DNA of 63,515 bases, filler included, from Choristocarpus tenellus KU-1152 (GCA_964200185.2; 12 parts of 12 records of this genome joined end to end with filler, not necessarily neighbours in it); one strand, 5' to 3'. Shown: positions 1 to 11,329, counted from the whole stretch's first letter. Numbers and translations: made by a program. The notes: a model not told the origin generated them from the sequence alone.

Positions 1-2009
1 GGTGGGCGTTGAGTGAGGCAGGTTGCTAAGTGCATTGCGCACTTGGTCCCCAAGGGGCGAATGCACCCCTGTGGGGTATCTGAGATGGATACCCATTGCT
101 GCCAATATTCCGGGTCGACTGTGACATGGTGGCTTGGTATGGTACCCTGCTCCTCATACCATCGAGGAGAAGAAAATTTGTGTAGAACAACCAAGATTGA
201 GATGGAAAGAAACCAATGCGTGTCGAAACAAATATAGTCTGGACACCCCACTGTATGTATCACCATACAGTTTCAAACACTCTAATCGACGCTCTTCACT
301 GTCTGAACCTTACCCTGTGTCAAATGGAGTATTGGTTGGATAAGAGCTGTGTGATATCTACAAGCAGTGTCTGTCTATATTCCCCCTTAGTAAAGAAGTT
401 GAAACTCATGAGCAACACATTATAGGTTGAGCCTTACCTCTGCAGCGGATATGTTGAATATAGACACTACCCTGAGTGTTTGTACACCTCTTTCTTGGAT
501 TTTGTTTGGACAGAAGATTCACTTGGGCGTGAAGGCACGAAGTGAAGTGGTTTGATTGATTGATCTTAGCCCATTCATCATCTGGCCTGGCTCAATTGAC
601 TTCAACGAGCTCAACAGCACCTGCTCTCCATCTACTATACCCATTTGAAACTGTTTTTTGTACCTCGAGCCACACTAACTAGACAATATTGAAGCGTGTC
701 TATACTATCTGGTCCAATCTTCATGGGTTTGTTTCAGAACATAATGCTCCTTTCCAGGATCCCCAATAAAAAAATAAGAAAACAAAATGATGAATAGGTT
801 GTATGTCAATTACACTCATCATGATCTATTATGGGAGGTTGTTGGGTTTTATTTTTTCCATACTGAAGTGGATGTTGACGTGCGCGTGCATGACCGTGCA
901 CTAACTGCTATTTTTTTCATTAGTACAGCACGGTATCGAGGAGCATGTAAATTGTTTGGAGCCCTTTGTTAAGATGTGGAAAGGTCCCTGTGTTCGTGTG
1001 TCCATGTCTAATTTGTTCTGCTTACAGAAAACAGCACTTTGGTACATTCACGGTCTGGCCATGTACAACAAAGAGCCCTCATATATGACGTGTGGGTCCC
1101 AAATAGCACACATCATTGCTTGCTGTTTGTTGCCTGCTCACTCCCTGCAAATATAGTTACACGGCAGATGATGTTCACATGGTGTGCATGGACGACTTCC
1201 TCTTTTGTCTTCACAGTATAAAGTGTTCATGGAGTTGTCAAACGTTAATGAGCAGCCCATGAGAAAATTACAGGAGAGGTTGACAGGGGTATGTATGTAT
1301 CTGGTGGTATACCTTTCTATGTCATACTGATGACAGTGTGGAGTAAGTTATTGAAGAAATGTACTAGAAGTGGTATTATCTAGTGGTACACCTTTTAATG
1401 TCATGCCAATCCATCGATCCCCCCAATAGCCGGTGGGCAAGAATCTCCACTCTGTCCTCAGAGTTGCCACACTCTTGATTTTTATTATTTTTTTACTACA
1501 TCACACTTTTTTGTTACGGGATAGGATTGTGGTGATGATACCACAGTCTTGGTAGGCGTGTTGCCTCAAATTGCCTGTTGTGGTCTTTAGTGGAGGTTCA
1601 AGAAATGACTGCAACATCGATTATTATTGTTTGTTTGTGTCAATGCACTCTTTTTATGTTTTTTTCTATCAGGACTTGAAAGAGTTAAGGGTTTATATTT
1701 GATGGTTTGTGGTGTGCACCAGTGCCTCGTCCTTCCCTCCCCCCCTCCATCCCACTCACCATTTGTCACCCCCTCTCTCTGATGTTCAATAAAAAATATG
1801 TTCTGAACATGTCTGTGATATCGATTTAGTTGCTGTTACGACTCCTTTTTCACACTCTCCAACCCCTAACCCTAACCCCACTCGTAGCCTCCGTTTACAG
1901 TCTCCCTGTTTACTTTTTTTTATTTGTCAACACTTGTATCATATATTTGTTTATTGTCCTATATTTTTTGTTGCATTAAGAGTTTTTTCTTCCCTATTAT
2001 ATATATATA

Positions 2010-2225
2010 TATATTTCGGTTAATGAAATAAAAAACTCCTTCGCCAGAAGACTCGCGGCGTTCATTTGATACAATTTGCTTTTTTTGTCAATTATTTTCT
2101 CTCTCTCTCTCTCTCTGTATATATATATATATTTAAATCAAAAAAATTTTCGGTTGATGAAATAAGAATATTTCTTCGACAACGGATTCGCGGCGTTCAT
2201 TTGATACAATTTGTTTTTTTGTCTG
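2010..2225. repeat. Short direct duplication (~80 bp core, ~135 bp period)
   Basis: TTTCGGTT(A/G)ATGAAATAA...TCGCGGCGTTCATTTGATACAATTTG occurs at ~2014-2089 and ~2148-2223, separated by (CT)n/(TA)n microsatellites. Confidence 0.8.
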
Positions 2226-2548
2226 TTATTCTTTTAATATATTTTTTTCTATTTTTTTTTACTGCAAAGTTCAACTCTCTCCAAAAACCGCTGAAACTGT
2301 CACTACCTTCTCCGATCAGACACTATTTTTCATTGATTTTTCATTTTCTGGTTGTTGATGTCCTCTATATGAGGCTGCCCCTGTTGCTCCCTCGTGGGTG
2401 GAGTCGCTTATGGTCCTAATCGGTCTCCATTCCAGGAACAACGCTCACATGGGAGTCATAGTGGAGGTAGGTGAAGGTGCTACTACTTTTGAGGGTTTTC
2501 TTCTTTTTGGGAGCACGGGGGACAAGGAGGGGGGGACAAGGGGAGGAA

Positions 2549-2648
2549 NNNNNNNNNNNNNNNNNNNNNNNNNNNNNNNNNNNNNNNNNNNNTTAATTAA
2601 TTAANNNNNNNNNNNNNNNNNNNNNNNNNNNNNNNNNNNNNNNNNNNN
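2549..2648. other. Artificial contig linker (44N-TTAATTAATTAA-44N), first of 11
   Basis: The same 100-bp spacer, with stops in all six frames, also occurs at 6112-6211, 11042-11141, 17565-17664, 22360-22459, 30672-30771, 36279-36378, 40185-40284, 43978-44077, 58094-58193 and 60828-60927. Confidence 0.97.
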
Positions 2649-2719
2649 TGTTCCATTACTCCATACATATTTTACCGTAACTGTCCGATAGAGTTGGAAG
2701 AGTCTAATCGAATAGATGT

Positions 2720-4060
2720 TTGTTTGTGGACTGGAATGGAATGAATGCAACATTAGAGGAGGAGGTTGTGATATCTGATTATCTTGCCCAGGAGGGGGCT
2801 AGAGGAGTCGATTTCGCACAGGATGAGACCAGAGGTATCGACCTAACCCACGCTGGGGCTAGAGATTTTGATCTCACTCAAGAGGGGAGTGGAGGCGATG
2901 TCGATTGTGGAGGATCGATGTTTGACACTACTACATCAGTGGATGATACTGTCGCGAAGTGCACGCTTTCCCCTGAGGGGGTTGAAATGAATGCCATAGT
3001 CCCAGGAGGGATTGTTGGGGGGGAGGGACCCACTCCAAATATGCCACTGGCAGTTATTGATCCAGGAGGGTCAACAAGTTCGAATGAAGGATTTGAGTCC
3101 CCACATATGGATTTTGGAGTGGGGCGTTTGATGGCTGAGGATGTTGAACCAGGTCTGAGTTGGACTATGGATAAGTCCAGTCAAAATGCTTCTAAGAACG
3201 CTCTGGTAAGTCCTGTGGTAGCAGGAAATGCAATGGGGGTGATGGAGAAAAGGGATTTAGATGAACGGTCGAACACTGACATTGATAGTATGGACCCAGT
3301 GTCACAGCAGGGGAGTGTGAGGAACAAGACGATGCGATATGTGGATCCAAATAATGGTCCTACATCTGAACCGGGCGAATTAATGGAGGAGTTACCTGGA
3401 TTTGAGCGGGAATTGAAAATACGAGAGGCAATGAAATCAGAAAAGTGGTCTTTGTGGAATGGGGCTGTGGACGAGGAAATGGGCATACAAAACAGACATT
3501 CAAAGACTCAGTTAAATCACTCATTAGGCTGGGACTACATTTTCGACCGAGGCAGATGGATGAAAAAGGGAGAGTTCAGAGTCCAAGGAGGGGGCAGGAC
3601 GATTGGAAGGAGAAAGGGAATGGAGCAGGAGGGACCTGTTCCAGACAACTACAGATCTATGATTGGTGGTATGTAAATGTTGGCATCCATTATGACCAGA
3701 CCCGATGTATCATCTGCTGTAAGGATCCTAGCAATGAAATGTGTAAACCCTACGGTGACGGACTGGAAGGGGGCGGAGGGAGGTATTGGGTATTGTTGAG
3801 GACAAGCAGTAGAGGATTGACCTATGATGATTTCAGTTTTTACGGGAATGCACCCAGGGACCAACTCATTGGCTATGCTGATGCTGATTACGCCAATTGT
3901 AATATTTCAAGATTTTTTCTGTGTCTGGTGACGTAGTAATGTTTGGGGGTGAATGTGTGAGTTGGTTGTAATGCAGAAAACTGTTGCTTTGTCTACCACT
4001 GAGACCGAGTAAGTGTCGTTGAGTGATTTGGCCAAAGAGAGTATGTATGCAAAAGAGAGC
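2720..4060 (+). mobile_element. Degenerate Ty1/Copia pol remnant (IN-RT linker, RT start, RNase H start)
   Basis: ORF 2720-3676 ends in an RT N-terminus-like EAMKSEKWSLWNGAVDEEM. Downstream are LIGYADADYAN (3865-3897) and QKTVALSTTETE*VSLSDLAKE (~3974-4040), typical Copia RNase H motifs with stops and deletions. Confidence 0.8.
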
Positions 4061-4210
4061 TACTCAAGTAGAGTATTTGCTTTGTGTGGTATGTATATGT
4101 TTTATAGCGGAGTGAGCACTATCCTCAAGGTGGGGGGGTGGTGCTCTCCCTTGTTATCTAATTCATTCGTCATCAAACACGTCAGAGATATGTTTAAACA
4201 TGTTTGTGAC

Positions 4211-4294
4211 AGTTACACTACGTCAGTCACTTATAAGTTCAAGTTACACTACGTCAGTCGCTTGTAAGTTCAAGTTACATTACTTCATTCACTT
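4211..4294. repeat. 31-bp tandem repeat, ~2.7 copies
   Basis: Unit AGTTACACTACGTCAGTC(A/G)CTT(A/G)TAAGTTCA starts at 4211, 4242 and 4273 (partial). Confidence 0.9.
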
Positions 4295-4341
4295 TTACAC
4301 TATAAACCATATAGACTACTAGTCTATATTGCACAGTTCAT

Positions 4342-5175
4342 GTGACAGCATATTGGGCGTCAGAAGTCGGAGCAACCCTGCAGAAGAATCGACAGAGTAG
4401 GTTTGTGTGGACGATTTTTCCGCAATGCAGTCATGAGAAGGCCGAATCTATATCGATCGGGGAGGGTATTGTGGCGAGTAGATCCCATGTGCCGAATGTC
4501 TTCGATATTTTCAAGGGGATGATATCCTGGGTTAGAGCGATGATGGAGTATAGGTGGGAATACACTTGCGACAAGTCCCACCCCTACGTACCAGAAACCA
4601 GCAACAACAGCAAACGGCATACACGCATGAGGGTATTGGTCAGCAACCAATACTACGTGGAGGACATAGACTTTGGGCGTGACCAGGTCGCATTCCAAAT
4701 GGCTGTAAGAAGGGGGGTCGCAGCAAAGATAAAGTCATTCCTCAAGGAAGCCTGGGAGGATACAAACATGGGAAGCGGGTTAATGAACGTGAAAGAAGTC
4801 ACGACGATGCAGTTTTACAACTCCGTCGCCGCACTCTCACAGATATGTGCGGACGTAGGTGAACTGTACAAGATTCTTTTCCACGAATTGTTCGAAACCA
4901 TCCTTTACAAAACCTTGCATTATTTTCGTTGTACAGCTCTATATGGATTGGACATGAACGACCGACCACTCACACTCCCTTCCTTCGTCTCACTTTTTTC
5001 TCTATCAGATACAAACGAGCTAGAGGATCTTCTACTCGTCGTCTGGGGGGAGCACAAGAAGCACGACGCTTCTGGCGTAAGTGCATTTCGTCATTGTCCA
5101 TATTTCAACGTGAAACTTATCCAGTTGGAAATATCAAACAACATCCCATCCAACACATACTTAGGCTATTACTAA
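4342..5175 (+). CDS. Intronless orphan ORF (277 aa), member of a repeated family
   Basis: Long open frame. A diverged paralog at ~7690-8420 (-) conserves the protein sequence (e.g. AFQMAVRRGVAAKIKSFLK vs AFQVTVRRRVAAKIKAFLK). The start codon is uncertain. Confidence 0.6.
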   Translation: MTAYWASEVGATLQKNRQSRFVWTIFPQCSHEKAESISIGEGIVASRSHVPNVFDIFKGMISWVRAMMEYRWEYTCDKSHPYVPETSNNSKRHTRMRVLVSNQYYVEDIDFGRDQVAFQMAVRRGVAAKIKSFLKEAWEDTNMGSGLMNVKEVTTMQFYNSVAALSQICADVGELYKILFHELFETILYKTLHYFRCTALYGLDMNDRPLTLPSFVSLFSLSDTNELEDLLLVVWGEHKKHDASGVSAFRHCPYFNVKLIQLEISNNIPSNTYLGYY

Positions 5176-5755
5176 ATCTACAACATAGGTTGAACATTTG
5201 TTTTTATTATTAACCCATTAATATTATGAAAAATGATTTTGTGAAAAAGTAGACATTTTCATTGTCTTTTAAACCTTTGTTTATCTAGGAATAAATTAGC
5301 ATGGTCTTCTGTTAAAATAGCATTTACCATTGACAATGACAGAAATTGCACATAGTGACAACTACTAAGGATTATGTTGCCTGCCTATTCAAAGATGTCA
5401 ACTCACAACATCGTCACGTTCACACGTGCTTCAGTGATTAACGTGTCGCCTGTTAAAACATAGGCTACCCATCTGTTTGTTCGTTGATAGGATACAGTTC
5501 CACCAGTCAACACTGACTGTTGATTGGTCTGTTACGCTCTGGACGTTACTGTCACTAGGTCATCATCACCACATCAATTACCATCAGAATACTGTAGTAC
5601 AGAACAGTCGTTATGCGTCCCACACGCAGGAGTAGTATACGTCACTTGAGTTGCATCACATATTGGTTCAAGTTCTTTGTTTTGCTCACGAATTCTGGAT
5701 TATTATTATTATTTGCTCATTCCTAATTTGCCATTCCTCTATTCTCTATTCCCCA

Positions 5756-5918
5756 TTTGATGGCCAACCAGTGCGAATGCCCTTCGTCAATGATTGCCAG
5801 CCATCCCACATTTTATGACCAACCAGTGCAAATGCCCTTCGTCACTGATTGCCAGCCATCCCCCACATTCGATGACCAAACAGTGCGAATGCCCTTCGTC
5901 ACTGCTTGCCAGCCATCC
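5756..5918. repeat. ~57-60 bp tandem repeat, 3 copies
   Basis: Unit (T)GATGACCAACCAGTGC(G/A)AATGCCCTTCGTCACTGATTGCCAGCCATCC(CCCACA) repeated three times. Confidence 0.9.
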
Positions 5919-6529
5919 TTTCAACCCACACAAGTTACCACTCCCCCCAACCCCACAGCAGTTCTCACACCACTCAACACCACTCCACAATCATCCAAGA
6001 ACACTCCTTCATGATCCACTTCAAACCGTGCCTTTGAGCTAGAAGACATCTACCCCGCCGTAACTTGACCTCCCCTCCCCTTTCGGGGTTGATTTCTTCT
6101 ATCTCATCCCCNNNNNNNNNNNNNNNNNNNNNNNNNNNNNNNNNNNNNNNNNNNNTTAATTAATTAANNNNNNNNNNNNNNNNNNNNNNNNNNNNNNNNN
6201 NNNNNNNNNNNGTTCCCATTCAAAAAGGGGCCCTTAAAAAGTGCCGCAACATTTTTTTTTTAAACATATTGGTACTTTTTCCGCACCATTTTCGGTCAAA
6301 CCCATCCTCAATGGTACGCTCCATCCTCAATTTTTAAAATCCACTGTTATATATTAGTGTCTGTAAGGACAGAAATGTCTCCATCTAGTAGTGTAAAAGT
6401 GTGATTCAAAGTGGTGAATTTTGAAAAATGTTCAAAGGTGATAGTACATACACTGAAATTTTTTAGAAGTTCCAAATATGAGTAAGCACAATGATGTTGT
6501 ATTTATTACATTTTTCCATTCAACATCTG

Positions 6530-7360
6530 GTTTTAGGACGAAGGACTCCAGTTCAATTCACATCAATCCCTCTTTCTTCACATGTTATTCTTCCCATATT
6601 TGTGTCTCACTTAGTAACATGCGTCGTGCAAGTTGGTCCAACCCACACAAACTTCCTAAAGCGGCGATGAAATTCCCATGGAAATGCAATTTTTTTCGTA
6701 TTGAATATTAACGTATCATTTCACAACATTTTTAAACATCTGTTTCTCCCCATGCACTACATCCAATGAGACCAGGACAAACGACTACGGTTCAATTTCG
6801 CATCAATCCCTCCTTCTTCGCGTCTTATTTTTACTGCTAAGTATCTCACTTATAATCATGCGTCACGTAAGTTGGTCCAACTCACGCAAACTGCTAAATC
6901 ACGATGAAATTACCATGAGAATGAGATTTTTTTTATAATTATGATCATTTCTAACCAATCTTTCTGGAACTACACCCGATCAGAGCACAATAAAGGACTC
7001 CGGTTCAGTTTTACAGCAAACTCCTTCTTTGTCCTCTCACCTCACATAATCGGTTACATAAGTTGGTCAAGACTCACACAAACTACATATATCGCGATCA
7101 AATAATGGACATGGTAATGCGTTTTTTTTTGTTGGAATGAAGATAATAGTCATGACAATTGACAATAACACGTTTTTTCTATGCACCAACCACACACAGC
7201 GAGAGCACCACGAAGGACTATGCTTCCGTTTTGCATCAATTTCCTCGTACTAAGCCCTACAGTTTTGCAGTGTTTGTGCTCTTGACGTTATAATTCATCC
7301 CAAAAGTTCGTCCAACCCTCAAAAAGCAGCTAAATTGCCATCAATTCGCGATCAAAACGC
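6530..7360. repeat. Degenerate ~210-240 bp tandem array, 4 units
   Basis: Recurring blocks AAGGACT(C/A)C(A/G)GTTCA...CATCAAT, AAGTTGGTCCAAC(C/T)CAC(A/G)CAAACT and CGAT(G/C)AAA at ~6540, ~6780, ~6992 and ~7212. Confidence 0.75.
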
Positions 7361-7469
7361 AAATTGGTCTGACAGACATGTTGTGATAACCTCCAACATA
7401 ATACAAAAGTAGGCACACCTGCTGTTCACAACTGTCCATAGGAAGACAGCATGGAAAGGGAACAAACCC

Positions 7470-7630
7470 GAAAGGTGTGCCTGGAGCAAGGGAATTCACT
7501 CTTGCCAACAAACACGATTTCCAAAATTTCATCAAAATCGCAACATCGGATTTTGGGCCCATTTGGAGGCGGCCGTGCCCTCTAAGATCCTTTGGATCGC
7601 AAAACTCGTACCCTCGAATATACTTTCACT
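7470..7630 (-). mobile_element. Partial copy (E) of the ~250-bp inverted-repeat element plus an adjacent right-end stub
   Basis: 7470-7595 is the reverse complement of the left half of copy A (GAAAGGTGTG...CATCAAAATCGCAA...CCCTCTAAGATCCTTTGG). It is followed at 7600-7630 by AAAACTCGTACCCTCGAATATACTTTCACT. Confidence 0.75.
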
Positions 7631-7689
7631 CGTTGGTTACTTTCGTACAGCAAATTACATGGTGTAATACAAAGGTATGAACCAGGCGT

Positions 7690-8420
7690 CTAAACTTAGG
7701 ATGGATACATATGACTTGAGTGTGGTGTTGTTTGACCACCTCAGTTGGAGACGTTCAATGTTCAAGAATGGGCAAGGCGGTAATACACTTACACCGGAAC
7801 TGCCATGCTTCTTATGCTCTATCCATACGGCGAGTAGAATATTCTCGAGCTTGTCCGTTTCTGATTGAAGGAGTGAGGTCAAGGAAACAGGGAGAGTGGC
7901 TAGTCGTCCATGCCAAAGTTATTTTAATCTACGTGGATAACAAAAACGCATTGATTCCTAATGATCGCAAGAAACACTTCCTCCATGAAAATCATCAAAA
8001 TTTTCCTTCATCCGCAAATATCTGGACAAGGTTGGCCACAGAGTTATAGAATTGAGCTGAGGTGTTGTCTGCGACTTTCTTGATCCCGCTCTCTAAATTG
8101 GTGTCCTCCTAGACCTTCAGGAATGCCTTTATTTTTGCGGCAACCCTCCTTCTGACAGTCACCTGGAACGCAGCCTTCTCATCCTCAAATTCTATGTCCT
8201 CCGGGCAGTACTAGTTGCACTGCTTCATCAGCATCCTCCTGTGCCTGAAGCGTTCGCTTTATCCCTGGAATCTGGTAGGTACGGGTGACACACGAGTACG
8301 AACACAAATTGTCGCCTGTTCAACGTCGTGTCTCTCTTCTTCATTACAGCAAGGTGGGACTCATCCAGAACGACGCTCATACAGGAGTTTCTTGCTCTGT
8401 ACTGTACCGTTCCACAACAA
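7690..8420 (-). pseudogene. Decayed paralog of ORF 4342-5175
   Basis: Minus-strand blocks HPYLPDSRDK, PEDIEFEDEKAAFQVTVRRRVAAKIKAFLKV*EDTN, QFYNSVANLVQIFADEG and LENILLAVWIEHKKHGSSGVSVLPPCPFLN align with the intact ORF; there are stops and frameshifts. Confidence 0.85.
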
Positions 8421-8895
8421 GCGAAATATTTACACCTTGATATTCTTCCATTTAATCTCATATGGATAGCTGACTCGTTCCTCTCCCACTCTCACTGTGT
8501 GTCGGGGCTGTTACCTGGTTACAGTCCCTCGCATCCACTGATTGTCCCATCAAAACCACAGTCCCCTGTCCTTCGCGCTTCCATGAGTGTTCCTCCCTCA
8601 TCCAAATCCGGCACGACCCTCAGTGACGGTTTAGGAGGATATATCCCTCGGTACCCTTCTCCTCCTCTCTACACTTCACCTGGCAAGCCATCTGCATGCG
8701 GCATTGGATAACACGCTTGGCTGCAGCCTCATCACGATCCCTCCTCTCCTTCTCCTGTAGTTGTTCGACCCCCTCCTCGATCTCGTCCTGTCATGTACGA
8801 CCTCAGCCCATATGGCAACGTAGTTCTCGCCATCCTCTCCTTCATAACACGCAGAGTCAATATATGCCCCAGAATTGTCTACATCAACGTTAGAA

Positions 8896-9150
8896 CCAAA
8901 GTATCTTAGAGGGTAGGGCCGCGTCCATTTGGGGACCAAAATCCCATTTTGCGATTTTGATGTTATTTTGGTTGTCAAGTTTGTTTGGAAGTGTCAATAT
9001 CCTTGTACCAGACACACCTTTTCATAACGTATACATTTTGCCTACTGCGAAACTTTTGGAGTAGGAAAATGTCATAAAAAAAACTCCTGGAAAGCCAAGC
9101 CCCGAATGGACAAAGAGGGCAAAATTCGTACCCTCTAAGATACTTTTTCT
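8896..9150 (+). mobile_element. ~250-bp MITE-like element, copy A
   Basis: Perfect 18-bp inverted repeat AAAGTATCTTAGAGGGTA (8898-8915) / TACCCTCTAAGATACTTT (9129-9146). The interior is shared with copies B-E. Confidence 0.85.
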
Positions 9151-9233
9151 CGTCAAGGACATCCCCCCGCATGATAGCATTCACACTCCTGCATAGGACA
9201 AAACTGGTGCTTCAGGCAAACTTGGCATCGGAC

Positions 9234-9480
9234 CCAAGCATTTAAGAGGGTAGAAATTTGGCCCTGTTTGTCCGTTCAGGGCTTGACTTCCCGCGGGTTT
9301 TATATGCCCTTTTTCGGTTTTCTGTGTGAGCACACTAACCTAAAATGTGTACGACTATGAAAGGTGTGTCCAGAGCAAGGATATTGACACTTGATAACAA
9401 ACACGAGAGCAAAAATTCATCAAAAGCGCAGCATTGGATTTATGACCCCGGACACGGCCCTACCCTCTTAAATGTTTTGG
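9234..9480 (-). mobile_element. ~250-bp MITE-like element, copy B (inverted)
   Basis: Inverted repeat CATTTAAGAGGGTAG (9239-9253) / CTACCCTCTTAAATG (9460-9474). The interior is the diverged reverse complement of copy A. Confidence 0.85.
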
Positions 9481-9628
9481 TTCATTGGATTTGTCTCGGA
9501 CTCTCTGCGTGGCCTTGAGAAGCAAACAGGTATCCCGGCGAGGGATTGCCGATTGGATTCCGAAGTGAACCACTGGCATTGTACAGGTAGGATGATGGAC
9601 ATGTCGTCCACATTGTTGTGACAAAGAG

Positions 9629-9824
9629 CCAAAGCATTTAAGAGGGTAGGAAGGAGTCTTGCCCTGTTTGTCCGTTTGGGGCTTGGCTTCCCAAGGATTT
9701 TTTAATGACATTTTCCTACTCTGAAACTTTTTCAGAGTAGGTACGATGTATACTTTTGGAGTAAGTATAATGCATAAACATATGAAAAGGTGTATGTGGC
9801 TGGAACAAGGATATTGACACTTCC
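9629..9824 (-). mobile_element. MITE-like element, copy C (inverted, truncated)
   Basis: CCAAAGCATTTAAGAGGGTAG...GCCCTGTTTGTCCGTTTGGGGCTTGGCTTCCCA...ATATTGACACTTCC matches the reverse complement of copies A and D. Confidence 0.8.
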
Positions 9825-10763
9825 GATTCTGACCGATCCATTTCTCTGCTGTGACGTTGCTCAGTCATTTTGGGACATCTGTTGTACTTTTATGCTTTTG
9901 TCCTATCTGGATTTCCTCAACTGACTTTGAGATGTTGGGGTAAGACCTGTGAAACTCGGTCTCCCCCTCTGAGGTGGAAGAGTTCAGTGTGGTGATTGTG
10001 ATTGCCCCCTTGTGCAGAGAGCTTTGGTGTCTTGACATTTCCACATGTTAGATAATAAAAATGATGAGCGATACATGTTCAAGTCATTTGTACAAGGTTG
10101 CGACCAACAAGGTCACCTCTACAAATAGAGATTTGCATATCATTTCTTCAACATCGAGTTGTTCTCAACACATGATTTGTGATACAAGAAGATTCCTGCG
10201 GGTAGATAAATGATTTGCACATGTTCACTTCTCCTTCAACCTTCACTTAAAAATACTTGTACATATTTTCTACTGATCTTTGAAGCACAGGTTATTTAAT
10301 GTCTTGTCCAGTATAGTGGAGTATCAAAATATGAGAGGTGAATCTTACAGAAAACGGGATATATGAGGGGGTAAATCACGTTGTCACAACTTTTCAGGCT
10401 ATAAGAGAGGTTTCGGCATTTTACTCCCAATTCTCTCTTACATCTAGGATTTTTTTTGTACTAATTGAGTGAGAGATTTTGGGGAAAGTCACATCCAAAG
10501 CCAAGCAAAATCTAACAAAGTGACGCACAAAACTGCTCGAGACCAGCAATACACAGCATAGCAGTCTTTTGTCTCTCAGTACTGCACAGTACAGTACACA
10601 CAGTACATCATACTAAGTTTAGATAACTGTACTGTACAGATATAACGATGTCCTACGCAGCGGGGTCCACCTGTAACATACAGGGTATACTCCTGGTCCT
10701 CACACTATACATGCCATAAGTGTTGCGTTTGTAACTGCTATCTTCACGGCATTTGCAGCGGAG

Positions 10764-11017
10764 CCAAAGTAATTAAGAGGGTAGAGCCACGTCCATTTGG
10801 GGGCCAAAATCCAATTTTACGATTTTGATGTAAATTTGGCCATTATGTTTGTTAGGAAGTGTCAATATCCATATTCTAGACACACCTTTTCATAACATAC
10901 ACATTTTACCTACTGAAACATTTTGGAGTAAGAAAATGTCATTAAAAAAAACATGGGAAGCCAAGCCCCAAACGGACAAACAGGGCAAAACTCGTACCCT
11001 CTAAGATACTCTTCACT
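10764..11017 (+). mobile_element. ~250-bp MITE-like element, copy D
   Basis: CCAAAGTAATTAAGAGGGTA...GTCCATTTGGGG...AAAACTCGTACCCTCTAAGATACT is colinear with copy A. Confidence 0.85.
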
Positions 11018-11226
11018 CAACGTCGTGGATCCTTTTGGCGCNNNNNNNNNNNNNNNNNNNNNNNNNNNNNNNNNNNNNNNNNNNNTTAATTAATTAANNN
11101 NNNNNNNNNNNNNNNNNNNNNNNNNNNNNNNNNNNNNNNNNTTTGCTGAACGTGATTACATGGTTGAAATTGGAAGAGAGAGTGACCTTTGTGGGGTGTC
11201 TTCTCATTGTTTATTATTAGTAGTAT

Positions 11227-11258
<32 letters not shown>

Positions 11259-11329
11259 TTATTATCGTGTTTTCGCTATTTCAAAGTAGCGAAAGGGAAT
11301 GAATTATAAACAAATTCCATATATAATCC

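Noticed and set aside
1-720. Possible LINE 3' zinc-finger remnant
   Set aside because: Only a vague C..CG..E..H pattern; no RT motif could be confirmed.
2593-2604. Recurrent TTAATTAATTAA palindrome as a biological motif
   Set aside because: It is always centred in identical N runs; it is an artificial six-frame-stop linker. ORFs ending in X...LIN are artefacts of it.
4211-5918. 31-bp and ~60-bp repeats as CRISPR-like arrays
   Set aside because: The units are head to tail with no unique spacers, there are no cas genes, and the context is eukaryotic.
9825-10330. Possible Copia gag remnant on the minus strand
   Set aside because: Weak resemblance across stops and frameshifts; not supportable without a search.
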